A DNA stretch of 64,000 bases from Balanoglossus misakiensis (Eukaryota; Animalia; Hemichordata), in assembly GCA_040954595.2 (NCBI GenBank), contig CM082591.2, positions 10,371,309 through 10,435,308 of the forward strand, given 5' to 3'. The notes under the pieces are model-generated. The model was not told the origin of the DNA, ran no database searches, and saw only the letters and a list, made by a program, of their open reading frames with translations. The position numbers were made by a program, and so were the translations under genes. Shown in pieces: positions 53,258 to 64,000 of this stretch (position 1 is the first letter of the stretch; each line of letters starts with the position of its first letter).

Positions 53258-54569
53258 GATTTTTTATCTAGCAGAAACGCTTACAGTATGTCATACAGGC
53301 CGTACACTTAGGTCCCAGTCTTGGGTGCTATCATTTTACGTCAGCCAGTCCTCAACACAGCTTTATATGGCAATAAAGCGTTTTCAGTACGTGGAATTTG
53401 TGGGACGCGTTACCTTCTCAGATAAGGCTCGTCAATTCTTATAGACATTTTAGAAGCCAGTTAAAACTTATCTTTTTAGATCATTTTATTCCTAGAGATG
53501 TTTTTTTTTAATTTAATGTCTCTGTGAGGTTTTTAGTGTCTTTTGCAATTTTATTATGCATTTTAGTGTTGTGTAAAGCGCATTGAGATTTTTAAAAATG
53601 TAACGGGCTCTGTAAGAAATAAATATTATTATTATTATGTTTGATTCCCGAAATTAACATAGGCAGAAAGTACTGACTGAGAGAGATGCAAACTACTGTT
53701 GATTGACAGGGGGTCTGATCTTAGGCCACTCTCCCCTGAAGCTTCTCTACCAGAAGTGTATAATTGATGTGGCGCACGCGCAATGGCAAATGTGGGTAGA
53801 ACAAGCGCGGTATTCGTAACAAGACCCTTTTCAATAAAGCTAGAAAATCACGACGGCCTGGTATTTTTTTTCCAGATTTCGGGCGCTTCCTATATACAAG
53901 TAAAATACTGGAGCTTGTTGCCCCTATGAGCTTCGACGCAATTTCTGTTCTGTTATAGAACTGCAGCACATGAGGTAAAGTGAAGATTTGAGTTACCTCG
54001 CCAAAGTTATACTTTTTTACTTTTCCCAGCTCCTAAAAGACATGTACATATCGCCTCGAATTACAAATCTCTGAAAGACGGGTTCATTTAATTATATAAC
54101 ATCGCAACTTTCCGTTCGAAATAAAAACATCAATGTGATAAAACAGTTCATGATTTTCTTGGGTGCCAATGCATAATAATATTGTCCATTTTTATTTCTT
54201 TTGCGAGAAAACAGAAAATGGAACGGTGGCTTCAAAGTGTACTGCAGAATATGCATGAATTAATTTGAAAATAAACGAAACATTACATGAATTATGAATG
54301 GTTCAAACAGGTATATTAATAGAAGTCTTTGGCCGGAGGCACGCTCTTTCGCTTTTTGTTTGTCCCATGATATATGAAGTGTAGTTTCTTTTGTTGGCAG
54401 TGTGTTCTGATTGTGTACTCCAAATTCTATAATCGCCCAATGTAAATGTAGTTCATGTGAAGATGCATTGATTTGCAAATTTCCACAAGCTGTAAATGTT
54501 TCACGGTGTTCGCTTACCCGTTCGTAATCCGGCTATATTCAGGGAGTGAAATTGTGGAGCGGACATTAG

Positions 54570-55942
<1,373 letters not shown>

Positions 55943-55995
55943 TTAATGAAATAATATAGCTGTGAACAGCAATAAGCGGGTTTCGAGACACTACT

Positions 55996-56765
55996 AGCCC
56001 TATTGGTTCGCCTGGAGATAGATTTGTGCATATTTAATTACTGCATTAGTTGTTCTATCACTCCAAATGCCAAGGGTGTATGTGCTGTGGATGCTGAGAT
56101 GTGGAAAAGTAGGTCAAAGGTCACGTGAGGTCACGCTTAATATGATATGAAAATTGTGACGCTATACTGGTCCATGTCCAACAAAAACCAGACCTGTAGC
56201 CCTACTGGTTAGCCTGGAATTAGGTATGCACATAATTAATGAGTTAGGCTGGTGTCATAGGTAACTCTAAAATTTGGCTTCTTATTTTGGTCCCGTCTGT
56301 CCAAACACCTGAGCTGTACCTGCTCTGGATGCTGAGATATGCGAAAGTGGGTAAAAGGTCACCCAAAGTCACCCAAAATTTGGGAAAAAAAATTGACCCC
56401 ATACTGGTCCATGTCTGACAAAAACCAGACCTGTAGCCCTATTGGTTTGCCTGGAATTAGGTATGCACATAATTAATGAGTTGAGCAGGTGTCACAGGTG
56501 ACCTTTAAATTTGGCTTCTTATTTTGGTCTCATCCACCAAAACACCTAGGCTGTACCTGCTCTGGATGCTGAGATATGCGAAAGTAGGTCAAAGGTCACC
56601 CAAGGTCACCCAAAATTTGGGAAAAAAATTTGACCCCATACTGGTCCATGTCTGACAAAAACCAGACCTGTAGCCCTATTGGTTTGCCTGGAATTAGGTA
56701 TGCACATAGTTAATGAGTTAAGCAGGTGTCACAGGTGAGCCTTAAATTTGGCTTCTTATTTTGGT
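55996..56765 (-). repeat. Diverged, inverted member of the ~238-bp tandem repeat/HINE family seen at 9190-10110
   Basis: CCTGGAATTAGGTATGCACATA at ~56213, 56451, 56687 is the reverse complement of the 9.2-10.1 kb unit. The adjacent 56770-57000 resembles ~8900-9180. Confidence 0.8.
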
Positions 56766-57490
56766 ACTATGCTGCACACTAGCCGATTATTGGACTATTG
56801 CACCGACCAGAATTCTACAAAACGATGTGGCCATAGCTTAAGTATAGTGGAATAAGTATAGGTATAGATTTCCTAAAAATATTAATATAAAAAAATCGGT
56901 CGATTTTTCATATAATTTTTTCCAGTTGGAACTGATTGTCGGAAGGTAGGCTAGCTGCACACAAAATATGAAGTTGATCAGTCCAGTTGCATTTTTATGA
57001 ACTCAAAAGCAAATTCATCTCAATGTTTGGGAGGACCAATGTTACTTTTTGCCATTCCACTCAAAGTTAGAAGATTTGGCGTCATCTACGTCACTTATAA
57101 AACTTCCAGCATATATAGAAGATGCAGCACGAAACTATCAGTTATGCGAAATGGTTTAAACGATTATTCTCCTTTATGTATTTACTTTGTTAAATGTTAT
57201 CATCAGTGGGGTTGGGGTGGCAAGCACTCTGCCCTGGTACACTAGACAAACCAGGAAAAATCGAAATGTGGCGGAGAATGTAGGGGTGGGTTAGAAAATT
57301 TTGTAAAATAAAGGGCGCGAAACAGCAATTTTGTGGACTCAAAAGTAAAAGTTCGGTGCCAAAAGTATGTGACCCCCCCCCCTAAACGTTTAAAAAAAAA
57401 CAGATGCCCCACCCCTCTTTTGGACTTCAAAATTTAAGTGACCCCCCCCCCTGGATTTTGGCGGCCCCCACCCCGGCCGTAAAAAGTTAA

Positions 57491-58126
57491 GATGCATTGA
57501 TTTGCAAATTACCACAAGCTGTAAATGTTTCACGGTGTTCGCTTAGCATAACAGCAGTACATGTGTTAGAAGATATCTTTTTGAATGATGAATTTCATTC
57601 CTTCAGCTTGAGTCAGTGAATTTGAAAGATAATCGAGCGCATATTCCCAATGTTGAACAACTAAGTACATGTTAGAATAGGTTCATATTTTGCCAAAGAC
57701 AAGAAAAATGAAATTGTAATAATTATTGGCCTATGAGAAAAGATGCCGTCGTATATGACATATAGACCCTATGTATTGCATTTGAATATTGAAAACTCGA
57801 ATACTCGACAATGATAATCCCAAAAAAACAATGGAGTTTTACATAGGTGATTTCAAATGCTAGGGAATGTGGTTGTACCGTCTTTTTCACTGCACTCTGG
57901 CCAACAGTTCGTCGGCCAAAACTTTTAGAAACACCTTTGGGGAGCCTGTAACTGAATGACAATGGCTGGTATGGGTGACAATGGCTGCGAAGAAAAGGAA
58001 TAGTGGAAATCGTAAGCAGTTATCAACTTTAAAAAATAACAGACCATCCACTAAACGGCACTCAAAAAGAGACGCTGTTGGAATGAGGCAACATTCAGGC
58101 CGAAGGATGATATACATTCATCAAGA
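57491..58126. repeat. Diverged paralogue of the H4-flanking spacer lacking the H4 gene
   Basis: 57491-57545 matches the H4 upstream flank (reverse complement of 26044-26098) and is joined at TA to the H4 downstream flank (reverse complement of 25576 leftwards). Confidence 0.8.
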
Positions 58127-58197
58127 ATGATGAATAACGAAATATATTATCATTATTTTATTCATATACAGTAGGCCACTGGCCCAAATGTATACAT

Positions 58198-58571
58198 ATG
58201 ACTGATACAAGCGGTAAAGCAGCCAAGAAGGCATGTCAACCAAAAGCCACACGTACAGGGGACAAAAAGAGAAAGAGATGCAGGAAGGAAAGTTATAGTA
58301 TCTACATCTACAAGGTCCTGAAACAGGTCCACCCCGATACTTGTGTCTCCTCCAAAGCCATGTCAATCATGAACAGTTTTGTCAACGACATTTTTGAGCG
58401 AATCGCCGCTGAAGCCTCACGCTTGGCCCACTACAATAAACGTTCCACCATCACCAGCAGAGAGATCCAGACTGCTGTCCGTCTATCTCTTGCTGCATGC
58501 CCGGTGAACTTGCCAAGCATGCCGTCAGTGAGGGCACCAAAGCCGTCACTAAATACACCAGCTCCAAGTAA
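58198..58571 (+). pseudogene. H2B: Histone H2B pseudogene
   Basis: ...[66 protein letters not shown]. An 8-nt insertion at 58482-58500 shifts the frame; the original frame continues [23 protein letters not shown] (TAA 58569-58571). N-terminus atypical. Confidence 0.93.
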
Positions 58572-58600
58572 ATCGTATGCTCAGCATACACATACAAAAC

Positions 58601-58616
58601 GGCCCTTCTCAGGGCC
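58601..58616 (+). terminator. Histone 3' stem-loop with downstream element
   Basis: AAAAC-GGCCCTTCTCAGGGCC-ACCA ... CAAAAAGAGAACT. Confidence 0.9.
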
Positions 58617-58977
58617 ACCACACCCTTCAAAAAGAGAACTACCATATACCCATGCACTTTCCACAATCTCTACAAGTATACATGTATTATCAGATGAAAG
58701 GAATCGTTTAGTACATACACAATGCAACAAACACGCACTCACTCACAGATTCATATTTTCCCCTTTTCTACGATTATCAACGACCAAAATCTAAGGAAAC
58801 TATTTATGAAAAATCAAAGAAAATTGAGCAAAAACGTAACACCCTTGATGAATGTATATCATCCCTTTAGTCTGAATGTTGCCTCATTCCAACAGCTTGT
58901 CATTTTTGACTGTCGCATTGTGGATGGTCTGTGATTTTAAAAAGATGACAACTGCTTACGATTTCCACTATTCATAT

Positions 58978-59331
58978 TGAGACGACACAGAAACGGGAAC
59001 GTACTTTTCACATGTTTATTGACGGACAGCACAATACGACACCACCGTACGGTACAATCATACAAGACAATATGGCTGACTCAAACCCCAGCATGCTTTG
59101 CTACAGCTGTACTTTTCAGAAACACACATTCAGCCACCGAGGGCGCCATTCCTAATAAACCAACCAACTCAGTACCCCCCTCTTTTTTCAGGACATGTCC
59201 GCATGTCCAGATACAATACATCAAACATCTTAAGGAAATAAAGTCTCTGTATAATCTTATTCATAGTCCGTATATCATTGTCCGATCCAAGTCGACATCT
59301 TATCAAAATAAATAGTGAAAGGGCTGTTACA
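58978..59331 (-). mobile_element. Putative 3' LTR of the Gypsy element
   Basis: TG...CA ends (TGAGAC.../...GTTACA), minus-strand AATAAA at 59020-59015, and a minus-strand purine tract at ~59345-59367. Spacer homology stops abruptly at 58975. The partner LTR is outside the window. Confidence 0.55.
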
Positions 59332-59495
59332 AATTATATAAATATTCTTTCTCTCTCCTCTTTTTTTATACACACAAAATATATACGTTGAGAAAAATTA
59401 TATATAATCATATATACATGTATTGATATGGTTGAAATCTTTCAAAATTATATCATAATTGTCAATTAAATTTATCAATGATCAAACATCAAAAC

Positions 59496-62400
59496 CTATT
59501 CATTGTCTGTGAGTACATAGTCCTGGAATCTAATAGGCATGCGGCGTTCTCTAGTTGACCGACGTAACACTGGCTGTTGGTCTTGTTGATCCTCAGCTAC
59601 ATTAGCTCGTTGCTGATTTTGTCTTTGAACAGTAGGCACACCAGTATTTTCTACACTGCCATCACTAGCACTTGCAGAATCCGAGTCTGAATCCGAATCT
59701 GAAATTGATTCGACCTCAGGAATTGACAAATTTTCTTGTTGATTAATCACACAGTGTCCATCTTTCTCATTTTCAGACTCTATTGCATCACTTTCACAGA
59801 CTTTAGACAAATGTTCTGGCCTGTCTCTGTACAGTTGCATATGGTTATGGTGAATAACTCATCGCTTTCCTCCTCCTTGACTAACTCTAGACAGTACATC
59901 ACTGATAACCTTGATCACAGTGTATGGACCCATCCATCTAGCACTAGTTTTAGGTGTTATCACATACATAGCTCCGCATATACCATAGTATGACGTCAGA
60001 CGTAGGTAAATTTGCACCAAGCATTATTGTAATACCCATCCCTCTGACGTCACCAAACGGAACTATTTTAAACTTGTAAACAAAGTCCTCTTAGGGCGAC
60101 AAAATTCAGTTCAATTGTTCGTTTTATTTCGATATTAAAAATAAGCAAAGATAAATAAAATGTTTCGTATGTGTAAATATGGACGATCGACGATTAGTTT
60201 TACCTGTGTACATTTTTATCGCACCAAAACTGTCGCGAGGTCGTCAGTGCTGAGCCATTGTCGTCGCGCTGTCGAACGAGCGACAGGTACAAAACTGAGT
60301 ATTTGCAAAAATTTTGATGCGACGATTAGAGCAAAACGGTCTAGTCATAAAGCAAAAGGCATAAGAAAGGTTTCCTGCTCCAGTGAAACCGTGACGGACG
60401 ATGAAATCCAGCTGATGCGCGATAGACGGGTCCTCGCCAAAACCAGAATCGTCCAGGTCGTGACCTGAGTCACCTGACAGATAGACCTCATAACATCGAT
60501 CTTCAATTTTGCACAAAATAGTTCCAAATTTTATCGCAACCACAAAGAGATTTATTTGAAAATAAAAATTAGCGGATCTATGTATGTGATAAACATATAA
60601 TTCCCCCGTATTCCTCACTCGTGTACCTGCGTCGCGAACTCGTGATTCCCCGTATAGCTGTATGCCTCCTCGCCTGCGGCTCGGAGGGATACGGCCGCTA
60701 TACGGGGAATCACTCGTCCGCGACGCAGGCACACTCGTTCGAAATACGGGGGAATTATATATAAATATTCCCTTCTTCTTCACCATGTTTGCCATCATTA
60801 CTATATCTCCGACTTTATACTTGTGAAAACGAGTCTTAACTTCAGACTTCTGACAACGATGATCTCTCAATTTGATTAATTTCTTGCTCGCCATCTGTCT
60901 AGCTTCAGTCAGTTTCTGAAAATGAGTTCTTGTTCGATCCCTTGCAGTACACAATCCCTTGAACTTGGTTATCTCAGTTGGCACTGACTGTAGTGCTGTT
61001 CTGGCCTCCTGACCATAGAGTAGGTAATAAGGCGATGTCCCAGTAGCATCATGCTGGCTGGTATTGTAACTGTGTATAACTTTAGGCAAGTGTAAGTCCC
61101 AATCATCTTGATTTTCACTTACATAATTCTTCAACATGTGAGCTAAAGTCAAATTGAAGTATTCAGTTTGACTGTTGCCAGAAGGATGGTAGCTTGATGT
61201 TCTGGTTCTCGTTGTGTTGAACATTCTACATACCTCTGCTAACAGATGACTTTCAAAGTTTTTACCTTGATCACTGTGTAGTGTTTCTGGAGGTCCAAAT
61301 AGTAAACACCAATCATCGATGAAGATATCAAAAATTGTTGAACAGTCTTGGCTAGGGATAGCCTTACCCACAACAAATTTACTGAAACCATCATTTATTG
61401 TCATGATATAACGATTTCCGTGTTTGGTTACCGGAAATGGACCCATTATATCAGTACTAACCCACTGAAATGGATGTGATGGTTCAGTCATGCGTTGAAA
61501 TGGAGCCTTGCCTCTCAGTCTGAATTTGTTGCGACTACACTAAATACAACTCTTACACCATTCTTGTACTTTAACTTTCATCTCAGGCCAATAGAATGAC
61601 TTTTTTAAGTCTTGTCAAAGTTCGTGTGATCCCAAGATGGCCTTCTTGGTCATGAACCAACTGTAACACTTCAGCTGCATGTGAATCAGGGAAAACCACT
61701 TGTACATACTGTGTATGACCCACTCTAAACCTACAACATAGTAGATCAGTGTCAGGATCAATATGGAGACCTTTAGCTTTTGTCATTAACTGTCTGACCT
61801 TCTTCCCCTCCTCTGATGAAAAAGTCATATCCAATCTTATTTAATTATACACTTTAGTTATGACAGGATCAACCTTCTGTAGTTCTTTCAATTCATCATG
61901 AGACCATTTACCCTGAATAGCTGTAGCAGCCACTAATTGTGCTCTAGATAATGCATCAGCATGTGGTATAGTTTTACCTGGACGGTATACTATTTTGTAG
62001 TCATATGCTTGTAGTTCAGACTGCCACCTTGCTAGTCTTCCTCTTGGTTCTTTTAGTGATTTAAAAAAAAGTCAATGCTTGATGATCTGTCATAATATAG
62101 AATTTAGTACCATACAAGTAACTACGAAATTTATCTATTGCCCACACTACTGCATAACATTCACGGTCAGTTGCTGAATAGTTCCTCTGTGATTTATTAG
62201 GTGTCATACAAGCAAATGCAATTGGACGAGTTACTCCATTCACTGTTTGCTCCAATACTGCACCAACACCCACTCCACTAGCGTCCGTAATTAAGGTGAA
62301 GGGTACTTTAAAATTATAATTAGAAAATGCTAACATAGGTGCAGATGAAAGTTTTGTCTTCAATTCATCAAATGCTTGTTCACAGTATTTGGTCCACATG

Positions 62401-64000
62401 AATGTTTCTCCTTTGACAGTGAGTTGATGCAATGGAGCTGCTATGGTTGAAAAGTCTCTGATAAATCTTCTATAATATGAGGCTAGTCCCAAAAATCTCT
62501 TCACCTCTGTTACCGAGGAAGGCTTAGGAAACTGCTTCACAGCATTTACAATTCTGGCAGTGGGTGAAATTCCATCAGGTGTAATGTGTTGGCCTAAGTA
62601 CTCAATTTCTGTCTGAAGAAAGTGACACTTCTTAGGTTGTAACTTTAAACTAGCTTCACGTATCCTCGAAAAGACCAAAGATAAACGTTCTAAATGTTCA
62701 TCCACTGTTGACGAAAATATCAATATGTCATCCAGATATATTAGAAGTATATGCCACATTTCTTTACTGAAAATGGAAGTCATTAAACGTTGAAATGTTG
62801 CTGGAGCACCTTTAAGCCCAAACGGTATTACTTTGAACTGATGTTAGCCCCGGTGTGTCATAAATGCTGTCTTCTCTTTATAGTCTGCGTCCATACCAAC
62901 TTGCCAGTAAACTGATGCACAGTCTAAAACACAGAACCATTTACTCTCTCCCAAGCAGTCAATAGCATCATCCACTCGTGGTAATGGATAAGCATCGTCT
63001 TTTGAGACAGAATTGAGTCGACGAAAATCAACACAACATCTGATTGAACCAACTTTCTTAGGTACTAAAATGACTGGACTGGTGAATGGACTAGTACTTT
63101 CTTCTATAATGTCCTTCTTCAACATATCATCAATTATTGTGTCAAGTTTATGTCTCTCTTGTAACCCAGTTCTACGAAATCTTGATCTCAATGGATAAGC
63201 ATCACCGGTATTAATTTTATGCTGAATCAAATTGGTTCTTCCCAACTCTCCATTCCACGAGAAAATGTCTCTATGACTATCTAGCAGATTGAATACATCC
63301 TGTTTTTGAGATTCGCTGACCTTACTGTCCTCTACCAATGATTCAAGAGTTACTGGTGGTTTCTCTATTTTCTGATGTAATTCTGCATTATGTCTCTTGG
63401 TAATTTGTCCAACAGTCGTAGATTCGTCTGTACAAGTAGTTGGCTCAAATTGTCCAATATGAGACCCCTATACAATTTTATTTTATTTGCATGAGGGTTA
63501 CACAGTCTCACCCATGTTGTTTGATCCTCATTTATGATGTTACAGGATGCAGCACAAACAACTTTCTTACGCTCATAATGTTCTGGGTCACTCTCTATAA
63601 TTCCACACTGACCTGAAAAGCTGTAACTGGGACTTTACAAATTTTCTCATGTCTTGGTGGTATGACAGTACTTTTTGCCACAGTAACTCGACAACATTGA
63701 GGAACTTCATTTTCTGTAATTGATGACACATTGCTACCAGGTACTAGTTGTTTCTGCTCCTTAAATGTTATGGTCTTATTGACAAAATCAATTTCCATAC
63801 TACCTAACTGTTCCATTGCATCAGTTCCTAGTAGAAATTCATTACGCATGAATTCTGGTGACATTACATAAACACATGTAGGACACATTCTGTACTGTGA
63901 GATTGACCTGTACTTGACCTTCAAAATGAATAACACTCCCGTTCACAGCTTCTGGCTGAATCAATACAGGACTGAGTTGAATTTTCCGCAAGACAGGCAA
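59496..64000 (-). mobile_element. pol: Decayed Ty3/Gypsy LTR retrotransposon pol (protease-RT-RNase H-integrase)
   Basis: RT (CVDFRRLN, YPLPRVDD, YLDD), RNase H (ITDASGVGVGAVL, MTDHQAL), integrase (HDQEGHLG, TDIMGP, HSDQG, YHPSGN), GPY motif (RWMGPYTVIKV ~59910-59945) and C-terminal RRSTRERRMP. In-frame stop at 62844-62846 and several frameshifts. Confidence 0.95.
59961..60765. mobile_element. 805-bp non-autonomous insertion with asymmetric inverted repeats and a ~166-bp terminal hairpin, inside the Gypsy integrase
   Basis: Removing it restores KKKGI|TPKTSARWMGPY. TAT on both sides (59958-59960, 60766-60768). IR 59957-59977 pairs with 60572-60592; hairpin 60595-60760. Confidence 0.8.

Noticed and set aside
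58501-58794. Extended H2B variant with a novel C-terminal tail (198-aa ORF)
   Set aside because: Caused by an 8-nt frameshift; the canonical C-terminus, stop and stem-loop are present in the original frame.
60244-60765. Apparent novel C-terminal domain of the 415-aa integrase ORF
   Set aside because: Read-through into an inserted element; the real integrase tail (GPY motif) resumes at ~59960.

Overview
AT-rich eukaryotic (animal) genomic DNA. It is probably from a marine invertebrate deuterostome such as an acorn worm or amphioxus; this is inferred from the gene and repeat families. The window is mostly dead genes and rearranged repeats, and every recognisable protein-coding gene is disabled: an intron-containing TMEM9 pseudogene; a 7-exon secreted protein (signal peptide, hevein-like Cys domain, three PCSK9-CTD/resistin-like modules); a TRIM-NHL filamin fragment; an MGxxxS-headed acidic 33-aa-repeat protein; three histone H4 and one H2B pseudogenes; and a decayed Ty3/Gypsy pol. 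Six tRNA-Ile(AAT) copies sit as divergent pairs in an old inverted repeat next to H4. The large-scale architecture is a 17.2-kb block (13740-30936), an inverted 899-bp piece of it, then a second copy of the block (31833-48788), which is a DUP-TRP/INV-DUP pattern. A 5.1-kb inverted third copy (49786-54876) and short template-switch fragments follow. Many non-autonomous DNA elements are present (Harbinger, Kolobok-like, mariner-like, Helentron/HINE-like, foldback, asymmetric-IR hairpin element). All alignments and translations were done by eye; no database search was run.
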